A stretch of 60,466 nucleotides of DNA, the filler included, from Diploschistes diacapsis (lineage: Eukaryota): assembly GCA_023645945.1 (NCBI GenBank). It is 4 parts of 4 records of this genome, joined end to end, with 100 filler letters (N's around TTAATTAATTAA, not from the genome) between each part and the next. Parts side by side here need not be neighbours in the genome. Positions count along the whole stretch, not along the records: positions 45,463 to 60,466 come from JALAIB010000577.1; 3 more parts are not named here. The stretch is one strand, 5' to 3'. Within the stretch, counting starts at the first letter, position 1; the number at the start of each line of letters is the position of its first letter. This document shows positions 50,069 through 60,466 of this stretch, piece by piece. Position numbers and translations under genes: made by a program. The notes beneath the pieces were generated by a model. That model ran no database searches. It was not told the origin of the DNA and was given only the letters and a program-made list of their open reading frames with translations.

Positions 50069-50449
50069 GACGGGCTGTTCGTTAGGGATGAGGGTTTCGT
50101 GGAGTGGTTTAGGGAGATGGGATAGAGGGAGAGGGAGGTGGTGCGTTGCTTTGACTGCATCTGTATAGCGGAACTGAGGGCCTTGAAGCATGTATGTCTT
50201 TTTCGAAGGGAATAGGGAGATTCGAATAGATTAGACTCTTCTAGACTTGCATGATGTATATTTAGACGTATGCATGCATGTGTTGAAGAGGACTTTCTGG
50301 CATGCAAAGTTTGGCTTTGATTGTGTCAATCACATAGTCTCGAAGGAAGCGAAGCGAATTCCCTTAACTTGTATACTCCTCTACCATAGACGGTTCTAAA
50401 GCGGCGAAACTGGTAGGTTATAGCCAAAACCACCAAGAGTACTCCCTCG

Positions 50450-52963
50450 TCACACTTCTTCGGCAACCAACCCCTCCATCTCTCCCTCCTCGATTGCTTT
50501 ACCCTTCCCCTTAACCCCCACCCTTTCAAAAGCCCTACTTTCCCTCGGCCAAACTCTCTTATAAAGACTAACGCCCACCGCATCTTGCGGATTAATCTTC
50601 GCATCAAAAGTCGCCTTAAAGTACCCGTGCGTCCCCAAACTCTCCTTGATGAACCCGCTCCTCCCCCTGCGTGTCCAGAGCTGCAGCGCCTTGAACCACG
50701 CCACGTCCTCGGCATTGAAGAACATGTAACGTATCGTCACCAGCTTGCGGTGGATCTTGTATGGGTGACCGGTCAAAATGATGCGCTTGGTGACAATGCG
50801 GGATATTGAAGGGGGTTGGCAGGTGCCGGTAGCTACGAGATTGAGGTTGTCGGAAGTAGCAGGGAGCGAGCGGTCTCGGCGCAGGAAGAAGAGAGCGGGC
50901 ACGGTACCCCAGGTTACGGGGCCAATGAAGGTGGCGATCGCCGTGCGGCCTGGATGTAGGAAGCGGTCGAACTTGTGCACGTCGTTCGGGCTGTTGCCTA
51001 GTGCGGAGAATAGGGGATTGATAGTTAAGCGGCGTGGGCCGCATTGGAGTATGAGCTCATCTTTAGACTTCAGGGGGGTCGGGTGCTCGCTGCCGAGGGT
51101 TATGGTGTAGTTGACGACTGTCCGCTTCTGTTCGTGGCGAAGTAGGGAGAAGGCGGTCAGAGGCGCAGAAGATGAACATGAAGATTCAATGGAGAAAGGG
51201 GCGTTGCGGAGATGAATGGCTACTCGCGTGCCGGGCTTGACGCCGCCCACCAATGCTTCACGGGTGGCAGCGCCCTTTGCGGCTCGGTAATCTGAGATCT
51301 GGAGAAGGCGATTCCAGTTTTCTGGTTGATGTGGTTTATCTTCTTCCGTTTCCCAGTGACTCGTGCGCAAGCTCTTCAAGCCTCTGTACCTCGCTAAGCG
51401 CTCTCTTGCGAGAACGTTAGGATGCAGTTCGATTTCGTCAGGAAATTCGAAGTCCTCCTCTGCTTCATTCTTGCGACTTGATCGATACGCAGCTATTTGC
51501 TCGGCTTCCTCATTCGGTGAAGGGTCCTCGAACATTTCTGACTGTAGATATTCTGAAGGCCCTGCTTCCGTCGGCTCAACCGCGTCCTTGTCCAAGCCTT
51601 CGATGCCATCCTGCGGTAAAGCTGCATCGCCCATCTCAATGTCTTCTTTCATTTCCGGCCCGTCCTCCCAATCGGAGCCCGAGTCAGGTTCGTCGCCGAG
51701 GAACCACGCAGACTGATAAGTGGAAGTTCCTTTAGGGACTCTTTTCGGCGCTTCCGGTAAGTGAGATTCATCATCTGAATAATAATGATGATCATCTAGC
51801 AAGACACCTTTACGCTCAGTTGGTGCTTCAGATGCTGCCATATCGTCGGTTTCTTTCGTCATCTCCTCTGGAGCCAGTTCAGCTGGATCGTCTTGGTCGC
51901 TATCTGGTTGCTCAAGCACAACGCGCTGCTCTTCGTCGGCTGCCATCTCGTCTGCCTTGCGCTTTTTGTGGTTAGGGAGCGGCGCGGCAACAATCTTTTC
52001 GACTTGGTAGTAGCCCCAATCGCCAACTTGCAGTAGCCGATTCGCTTTCATGCCTCTTCCTCGTACAACTCCAGTGAGTACTAGGTGTCCAGTACGAATA
52101 CCATCTTCTTGGGACGACTTGATTTCTTCCACGAACATCCAGCTGCGATCTTCTCGCCAATGGACACCTTTCGGCGTTGATGTACAAAGAGACCTCATTG
52201 CATTGGCGCACTCTTGCCTTGAGTCAAGGGAATGGACCTTGTCTAGACTTGGGAAAAAATGAGTTATAAAAGATTTGAGCGATCCTAGTACTTGGGGCCT
52301 TCTTTTTGCAGGCTCGATGGCTTCTAGCCCTTGAACAACCGTCAGTACACTGGAGACACCCTGGCTCTCGATGGCACGTAGCAGCTGTTCGCCAGTGGAA
52401 TCCACCTCCTCTGTAGAAGAAAGTATGAACACAACGTAGTCAGCAACTCTGCAAGCATCAAGCACTGATATCAGATCCCGTACAAGCGGTACGTATTGTA
52501 TTGACTGTTTGAACCTGTCAATCCTTACGCTGTGTGACCCACCTAGATGCGTCTCTGAATCAACATCGACGGCTGAATTTAGCTTTTCTACTGCGTAGCT
52601 TGCTTCCACATCTTCTGTCAATGGAACAACTGCAACAATCCGTGGTGCAGCATTTTGCCCTGAGAAAATACCAGTAGTTCTCTCATGCTCTTTGTGTTTG
52701 AGGAGCCGCATCTGGCGAGCATGATGTCTGCGGTCTATCTTCGACATGACTTGCTGGTGTGGCGATTTGTAATTCTTCTTCCAGCGGTCCTTATCAAGCC
52801 TACCTGCAGTCTATCAGACATTTTTATAAAGACCACCAAAGAAAAAGAACGGACCTTTCGACAGGTCTTTTATAGTTCCCTTACTGGCATGCCTTGATTT
52901 GAAGGTTTTATGAGAGACATTTGTAGTGCTCCGGTGATGATGTTGCTCAGGGTTCGGACCCAT
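50450..52963 (-). CDS. TSR1: Pre-40S ribosome biogenesis factor Tsr1; exons 52963-52855 and 52803-50450
   Basis: HHHRSTTNVSHKTFKSRHASKG N-terminus, EFPDEIEL...ARERLARYRGLKSLRTSHW, ILTGHPYKIH and RRGRSGFIKESLGTHGYFKATFD. Intron GTCCGT...CTGAT...CAG. Confidence 0.95.
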
Positions 52964-53137
52964 ACTGCCGCCCGCTTTGAATCTAAAGGGTATGGAAGCC
53001 AGCTTGATGGATGAATGAATTTTCGAAGTGGGACTTCGACGTCTTCAGCATTCAATATCAATATCATGCGCTCTTTAATGTTGAACGCAAAGAGGCACAG
53101 TCGTGTATTGAGGGTATCTAGATTTCCAACTAGGGTC

Positions 53138-53156
53138 AGCCTTATCGATAAAGGCT
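53138..53156. promoter_or_regulatory. Near-perfect palindrome AGCCTT-ATCGAT-A-AAGGCT centred in the TSR1/UTP7 divergent promoter
   Basis: Seen in the sequence midway in the 337-bp intergenic region; function is inferred. Confidence 0.45.
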
Positions 53157-53300
53157 TTGCCGAGTCTCACCGCCTAACGTGATTCGATTATGCTGCTTGG
53201 CAGAAACTCTTGGAGAAGCGACAACAAGATATTTATCTTTTCGTAATCTTCAGGTCTGGTGTTGCACCCACAAAAGTTATCATACCTTCATTAACCAAGG

Positions 53301-54968
53301 ATGGATGGAAAAATCGACTTGGACGAGCTTGGAAGCATTGGAAGGAAAGACGATGCAAAACAGTTTGGCCAATCTCGCATTTCTCAAGATATGGAAGCTG
53401 CCGAGGTCCAAAGACGTAAGAAAGAGGCAAGGCAGAAGTATGGACACGGGCCAAGGATCTCTGTGAAGAGGATTAGGGACAGAAAGCTTAGGACGACCCT
53501 CAAGATATTGGAAAACAAATACCAGGACGCTAGCCTAAAAGCTAAAGACGCGGAAATCCTTCTAGAAAACGATGCTGGGTTTATTGAACCTGAGACCGAG
53601 CTCGAGCGAACCTATAAAGTCAGGCAGGATGACATTCAGCAGAGTGTCAGCGTCGAGACAGCGAAGATGGGTATAGATTTGAAGCTTGCTTTTGGGACGT
53701 ACACGTTGGATTACTCGAGAAATGGCAGGAGTCTCCTTCTGGCGGGAAGAAAGGGCCATGTCGCTACAATAGACTGGAGAGCAGGTCAGCTAGGTTGCGA
53801 AATGCAGTTAGAAGAGACGGTAAGAGCCGCCAAGTTCTTGCACAACTCGCAACTCTTCTGCGTTGCGCAAAAAAAGTATCTTTATATTTATGACCTAGCT
53901 GGAGTACAGCTGCACTGTCTAAAATCGCATATCGAACCCTTATTTGTTGAGTATTTACCATACCACTTCCTTCTTACCTCCATAGGGAACTCGGGACACA
54001 TCCGGTACTCAGACACTTCCACTGGCCAAAATATCATAGATATAGCCACAAAGCTTGGTACACCTACTTCGCTCTGCCAGAATCCATATAATGCAGTCCT
54101 GCACTGTGGCCATCAAAATGGAACAGTCACTCTTTGGTCGCCCAATTCGACCTCGCCCCTCGTTAAGATCCTTGCTCATCGAGGCCCCGTACAAGCCTCA
54201 GCTGTGGATCGGGAGGGACGATATTTTATAACTGCAGGCCAGGACATGAAGATGTCCGTTTGGGACATACGGACTTTCCGAGAGGTAAACAACTACTTTT
54301 TGCGGAAGCCCGGTGCCTCGCTGGCCATCAGCGATCGAGACTTGGTAGCTGTAGGGCATGGTACGCAGGCAACAGTCTGGCGAGGGTTATTTTCAAAGGC
54401 TCGTTCTGATACAAGCCAAGAGAAGGTCCAGAGCCCGTACATGAAGTGGGGTGGAGATGGGAAAGAAGTCGAGTGTGTCCGCTGGTGTCCCTTTGAAGAT
54501 GTTTTGGGGGTCGGGCATTCCGGTGGCGTTACTCAAGCAATCATTCCTGGAGGTGGCGAGCCAAATTACGATGCTCTGGAAGCGAACCCCTTCGAAACAC
54601 CGAGGCAACGTCAAGAAGCCGAAGTAAAGGGCCTGCTCAACAAGCTCCGCCCCGAAATGATCTCGCTCAATCCAGATTTTGTTGGAAATCTCGACCTTGC
54701 TTCTGATGAAATACGAAGAAGGGAGAAGGATCTCGATAGGAAAGAAGAAGACCCTGTGCTCAAACTCAAGAACCGAGGTCGGGGAAAGAACAGCAGTTTG
54801 AGGAAGCACCTCCGTAAGAAGTCGACAAAAAACATTATTGATGAACGGAGGGAACGGATCGAGGCTTTGCGGAAAGAGACAAATAAGCGGACGAGAAAGA
54901 ATCCTAAGAAAGACCCAAGGGAGGAGCTTGGTCCTGCGCTGGCGAGGTTCGTGCGGCCAGGAATATGA
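53301..54968 (+). CDS. UTP7: U3 snoRNP / SSU processome WD40 protein Utp7 (WDR46/BING4)
   Basis: LERTYKVRQ, YSRNGRSLLLAGRKGHVA, EYLPYHFLL, GHQNGTVTLWSPN, and the BING4CT-like PGGGEPNYDALEANPFETPRQRQEAEVKGLLNKL. The start may be 53301 or 53391. Confidence 0.95.
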   Translation: MDGKIDLDELGSIGRKDDAKQFGQSRISQDMEAAEVQRRKKEARQKYGHGPRISVKRIRDRKLRTTLKILENKYQDASLKAKDAEILLENDAGFIEPETELERTYKVRQDDIQQSVSVETAKMGIDLKLAFGTYTLDYSRNGRSLLLAGRKGHVATIDWRAGQLGCEMQLEETVRAAKFLHNSQLFCVAQKKYLYIYDLAGVQLHCLKSHIEPLFVEYLPYHFLLTSIGNSGHIRYSDTSTGQNIIDIATKLGTPTSLCQNPYNAVLHCGHQNGTVTLWSPNSTSPLVKILAHRGPVQASAVDREGRYFITAGQDMKMSVWDIRTFREVNNYFLRKPGASLAISDRDLVAVGHGTQATVWRGLFSKARSDTSQEKVQSPYMKWGGDGKEVECVRWCPFEDVLGVGHSGGVTQAIIPGGGEPNYDALEANPFETPRQRQEAEVKGLLNKLRPEMISLNPDFVGNLDLASDEIRRREKDLDRKEEDPVLKLKNRGRGKNSSLRKHLRKKSTKNIIDERRERIEALRKETNKRTRKNPKKDPREELGPALARFVRPGI

Positions 54969-56704
54969 AGTGCCCCCGGATATCTCTTCAAACCATCTTC
55001 CCTACGCATTGTCACTGCCCCAAACTGAGCCGAATATACGCTGTTATGAACCAGGCTCTAGAATGCACCAGACTTGGCTCCAGAGCTGCGCCCTAACTTC
55101 ATCATTCGATTCATGATGCATATCTTTTTGCACCGAGTACTGATTGGCAGCGACTGAGACTCTGGCCAGAATATGGACAGCGTCAACGAGAATATGCAAC
55201 GGCTTCATTTAACATTTGTCTTTGTCATTTTCGACACGGTCACCTTCATAAATAGAGTGCTCCCAACGACTTCCTCAAGATTCATTATTTTCCCATCACC
55301 ACGAAGTTCGCTAGTGTATAGGCGCTAGCGAGACATCTTGTCTGGGATGTGCAAGCTTGACACTGCTTTACTCACCATAAGAAAAGTACAAAGCAACCTT
55401 GTATTGAGGACAAGAAATCTGGGACGACTTGCTAAGCAATAGTCATCTCTTTCACGGGTATTTTACTCGGAACTGGTATCCTTCGCCCCCATCAACCTTG
55501 CCGAGTCCCAGTTCCAGTTTCCGAAATTCTTTCAGCAAGAGCTTCGTCTATCCATTCCCCCAACCCCAAATATTCCCCTGCCTTCAACCTCTACGAAATG
55601 AAAGGCCCCAACTACCTCCTATCCTCAACTTGCGTGCTTGCTATTGAAAGGGTGGGCTTCCTAGCTTGGAGTTTACCTTCAGTTCTTAAAGCAAGGATAG
55701 CGTTAAGAGTCAATCGCAAGAGCATATCAACCACCATGGACATGTTGCTACTGAAGGAACAAAGCTGAGTCTGGGAGAGGACATTTCTTTGAGCATTGAT
55801 GAGCGTGAGCATGAAGCTATGCAGTCTATGAGGGAGTACAGTGGTGCTTCCGAGGCTTTGCTTCCGTTTTTACAGTTTGTTGAGGGGGGAAATGGCGAGA
55901 AATGCAGTGATATGGAGCTCTAACAACACCAAGGAGTTGTAGGGGGGGAGGATGAGCTCAGCCTCTGCTTCCAATGTGGGAGCATGATGTGCGTATGAGT
56001 GACAGTTGACAGCGAACGAAATCGAACTATCTGCTGGACCGAAAGGTGAAATGTGAGCGGAAGGTTACGACCGAATTAGTAACCCACTACGGGCATTACT
56101 TAATAGTCCCTTGAATCTAGCAGGTACAATCTATTGCAGGTGTGTCTTTACAACCTTTCCATAAGTTAACCCAGGTATTTGGTCACGTCATAATAGATAA
56201 ATGTCGTTGAAGACTTTCCGAAACCTTGCGAGTCCAGCCTTCCAGCCCAGTACTATCGAGGAGGCCTCCGAAGGTCGCTCATAGCTCATCCAGAGATCAT
56301 ACAAGTGAAGCAGCCCTTGGATCCCTCCCAAGCTGCGGAGAAGAATTTGTCTGCAGTAACATGCGGCCCAACGTGGTCCAAGCGAAGAACAGAAGAGGGT
56401 TTTTCGCGGAAGATCACGGATAGTGAAAAGTTCTTCGTGATGTCAACAATCCTTCCCGAAGATGGGAAAGAGGAAAGAAGAGAGGGAAAGGATCCACATT
56501 GCGCTAGAACGCTCCAAAGCAATGACTTCGCTAGAAACACAGCAATAGCAATCGTCCGTCCACACCGTACACGCCCCGCACTGCTAAACCCCCCCTCCTC
56601 TAGCCGCAGGCAACCGCACTCAAGGTACCCATCCTATCCCAAGCGAGCCAACCCACTCTCCAACCCCGTCTCTTACTCTCCGCTCCATCCCGCCCCGCTG
56701 ATTC

Positions 56705-57497
56705 CTATCTTACCAATCCTGACCCCTGACACGGCGAGCCCTTCCTCGGAGCCTTCGCGCCGCTGCTGGGTTTATCCGGCGTGCTCGGGCCGCTGGCGCC
56801 GCGGATCGGGCTCGAGCTGCCCCGATCATGCGGCTGCGCCTGGGCCCACTTCTTGATTTCGGAGGCCTTGCAGGCCAGGGAGAGGACGCAGGCGAGGGAT
56901 GCGCTGGTGGGGTTTTGTAAGCAAGATGATGGTCCAGATAGGGGGGACAGGGGGAGAAGAGGGTGGGAAGAGAGGTGAGAGGGTGGGGGGAAAGATGAGA
57001 GGTGCAAGAGATGTGAGAGAGGACATACATGCCGTCGAGCTGCGCGTACGCGCTTGAGGAGAGCTTCTTGTCCAGGTCTGCGACGGAGTGCATCAGGCCT
57101 GCGGCGACCATGGCGTCTACGAGCCACTTGGACTATTTGGTTGTTTGTTGCTGTTAGCGCCATATACTGTATGTTCTGCTGTGCTATGTTATGCTCCGCC
57201 ACTCTTTGTTTCTCGCTTTCGGTGGACATGGCTATGATGGGGAGGAGGATCGACATACGTATTTTTCGCTGACACCCTCGGCGTGCAGGCCTCGTGCCTC
57301 GAGTAGGGGGGTGAACTCGTGGTCGCGGGCGAGTAGCTCGTCAAAGGCTTCTTCGTAGGCGTCGGCGCAGGCATCGCGCTTGGCGAGGGTACCGAGGAGG
57401 CCGTTGTGAGCTAGCAAGCGCTCGGAGAAGTAGTATTGCGCGAAGATTGAGGGGGCAAAGAGGAGGGCTGATAGAGAAAGGGTGAAGAAAAACGCAT
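56705..57497 (-). CDS. Small secreted prepro-protein, at least 3 exons; needs one extra T in a T5 run near the start
   Basis: MR[F]FFTLSLSALLFAPSIFA signal peptide; pro-region LAKRDACADAYEEAFDELLARD...LEARG. Two GTATGT introns splice in frame to SKWLVDAMVAAG... and ASLACVLSLACK...CQGSGL. Confidence 0.6.
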
Positions 57498-58603
57498 TGT
57501 GACAGCCTAAAGGGTGTGGTGGCGAGGCAGAGACTGTTGGGCGAACATTAACGCCGGGTGTAATAGGGAGATTGGCTATGAAATTGAAAACAGAAATGAT
57601 GAACTTATCCTTGCGAAGATCTGAGATAGTTGAATATGACCCTATAGTATATATGTTGAACTAGAGGATGGTCCAAAGCCCGGGGTTGCAAAATAGACAT
57701 CTCGATCTTGGGTTCCAGGCATAGTAACCAGCCTTCGATGCTAGATTAGCAGCGTGTAAGCCTCCATGATATATGTGGAGCAACGCCCAGAATCACTGAA
57801 TCATTGGTTACCATGGCTGTTGGAGGAGGCCCCCCAGGGAAGTTATATCTCTTGTTGGTTTACATAGAGCAATTATGCGATTAAGACTGTGATGTTGCAC
57901 CCAGATGCGAATTGCGCTTTTCTTGTTCTGGTAAGTGGTAAGGGGTATCCTGTGGGCCGTGGGTTGATGCACCATGAGTCAGCCCTCTTTTTTCTAACCA
58001 ACATTGGATTTGATAAACGGCATTTTACTAAATCTCCTTATCAGCTAAGATATCGTGAATACTCGGCAGGATTAGGCCTACTACTTTTCATAACCCACTC
58101 ATATATCTTCCTTGCTTAAATGCTATGTTCGACTTTCACTGCGCCGAATGTCAGGCGATATCCGACAAGGCTACACTGTGCCCTCTCCTGGAGGTTCTGG
58201 CGAATGCCTACCCGGAGCAAGATACAGCCTCGTCCCTTGATGCCTAATCCAGAGCAATGCTTTGCATCATTAGTTCTTTATCACAAGCTTGTTCTTGCCA
58301 AATGAGAGCACTGTGAACCCAGTCATCTACCTGAACGCATCTGAAAGCGTCTACCGGGCACCTTTCTACGTCATAGGATGAGTTGAAGAGTTGAAGAATA
58401 TGTATAGCTGTATGGCTGATTGGCTCTCAGAGGCACAGCCTTCCAGCGTACGCAAACAATCAGCAATTTACTCTTATCTGTGACATATAATGTGTTCTTG
58501 GAGGCTCTTTCCCAAGCTTAGTTCTTGGGAAGAATGCTTAATGCTTGCAATTGCAATTATATGTACACTCGCAGAGCTAGTTGCGACGTTGAGGACTTAT
58601 TAA

Positions 58604-59910
58604 ATGGCGCCTCTGGAATACGACAGCAGCTCGAACATCGGTAACATTACGCTTATTGGGGGTTGGATTTCAGGAGGCTTCGCGATCGTATTCTTAGGAC
58701 TTGTGATCATAAGCCGTCTGATTTCCAATAGACACTTTGGTTTGGACGACTTCCTATTGGGCTTTGCGACGTTGATTGCTCTTGTTCTCGCAGGGCAGAC
58801 CACATGGGCGGTATTGGACGAAGGCCAAGGGCAATCTGAAAAAGAAGAGACGGTTATCCAAGCCATGATGGTCATCAAGGTACTTGAAATCGAAGGTTGG
58901 GGAGCAAGAACTGACTAGAAAGTCTCTATGGGCAAATGAGATACTCTGGGCGATAGTCAATACTTTTATGAGATTGTCGATTCTGTTGTCGTTTATGAAG
59001 ATCTTTCGTATCGACAAGCTTCTAGCTAGTCTGCTGGTTGGGCTTTCAACATCGTGTGGCCTAGCTATGCTGCTCCAGATCTTCCTCATCTGCCGACCAC
59101 TGTCAGCCGCATGGAATATCCATGGTCAAGGGAATTGTCAGAACGAGACCGCGGCGTTTGTTGCTTTGGAGGCTGTGGGTCTTTTAATCGACCTTTTAAT
59201 TCTCGCTTGGCCAGTCTGGTGCGTCTCCAGAATGCACCTAAATAGTCGGACGAAGTGGGGATTGTCTCTCTTGTTTTCAGTAGGCGCCCCGTAAGTTTTT
59301 CAGTGCAGGGAGTGCTCCCGTATATTTATCCCTAGACTAACGGCAGCACCATTCTAGAGTCCTGCTGGTAACTGGTTTTCGCATCGGCGCCCTACATAAG
59401 GTCAACTCCCCTGATGTGACATATTCAAAAGGATACCTAGGTTTTCTGTCTATGCTGGGTGGGTTCCTCAGTATCATCACATGCTGCATTCCGCTGTCAA
59501 TGCCCCTTTGGCACAGAATATCTGGTAGACTAATAGAAAGGAGCCGGTTGCCAGCTGGACAAGGAACGTTGGGGCCAAGGCCATTATCACAAGTGCCAAT
59601 ACAGAGTGGAGACTGGAATCCAGAACAAGATCAAAGAAAGGGGTTTATGGTGGAGTCAATTCAAGGTTATTACCGAAAGTATGCCTTGATGATGACCTTC
59701 CTTCATCCTAATTCCGGTAGTTGGCGGACCCAAGTTACGCCAACGTCACGCAGGGCCTCGTGGAACGGCACTGAATTACCAAGATTCAATGAAGGGTCGA
59801 AAATCCAACGGGAACCACAGATCTTGGAGCGATGTCGTTCGCTAGGAGATCTGCGAATATATTCTGCCGAGCACTATGCCTGGGTGGTGCAAACAGCCCC
59901 TTCCTTCTAG
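58604..59910 (+). CDS. PTH11-like (fungal rhodopsin-domain) integral membrane protein, 3 exons
   Basis: Motifs SRLISNRHFGLDDFLL, RLSILLSFMKIF, CRPLSAAW, LLIDLLILAWPV and SIITCCIP. Introns at about 58880-58922 and 59291-59358. Confidence 0.82.
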
Positions 59911-60466
59911 CTGAGGCATGTTAAAAAGTAATTGAAATTACTCTATCTAGTAACATCATTTAGCCATCGTCCGTTAGCGGAATAACATCAAGTGCTTCTC
60001 CCTTTTGTATACGTGAACACACTGTATCTTTCCGCAGTCTCAAGCGCAAAGGGGTTGCTTAACATCGAAAACGTTGAGTCGGGCGTGGTATCTACCAGTG
60101 GTAGCACTCCAAGAGATTGAACAGTATGCGAATCTTTCATTATACAGAATCCCAACAATCTCTTGACCAACAAAAAAAAATGAAACGCTGGGCCACAAGA
60201 GCCTCTTCTCACATGGACAGTATGTAGTATCCTCTTGACTCCTCGGGTACTCCTACAAATAAGCAACCGAGACGTTATAACATACGCCATCACACAACTT
60301 TGAATACCATCAACGAACTCGAGTCACAGGAAACAAACGGCTCTTTTGGCCCAAAAAAAGCATACAGATAATCGCTCATATCTCCCCTCCCCCTTCATCT
60401 CTCCCCCACCGCTCGGCACGCACGCCATCCACAACCAAGCACAACCGCCCTAAAACCCACCATGTC

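Overview
Genomic DNA from a filamentous ascomycete (Pezizomycotina). It has short GT-AG introns with CTRAY branch points, RIP-like AT-rich repeats, and three artificial 100-nt scaffold gaps containing a TTAATTAATTAA linker. Protein genes found: a 2x cNMP-binding/F-box/LRR protein, two Zn2Cys6 transcription factors, CGI121, two PTH11-like membrane proteins, a compact Pib2-like FYVE protein, the 3' end of BUD13/CWC26, an NDUFAF7-like methyltransferase, a CDK11/PITSLRE kinase, RPS16, a TetX-like FAD monooxygenase, a frameshifted alpha/beta hydrolase, a mitochondrial MSP1/spastin-type AAA ATPase, TSR1, UTP7 and a small secreted prepro-protein. There is also a CorA-like pseudogene and about 10 kb of decayed reading frames (15-25 kb). 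The main discovery is in the apparently empty 28.4-29.6 kb interval: a candidate telomerase RNA (TER) gene on the + strand. It has a template-like motif, a pseudoknot with a P2.1-like insertion, a perfect 10-bp core-enclosing helix and a CR4/5-like three-way junction with a P6.1 hairpin. Its template region reads GCCCTAAGCCCTAACC rather than the usual TAACCCTAA, which could indicate a non-canonical telomere repeat. All assignments come from manual reading and motif recall; no database search or folding program was run.
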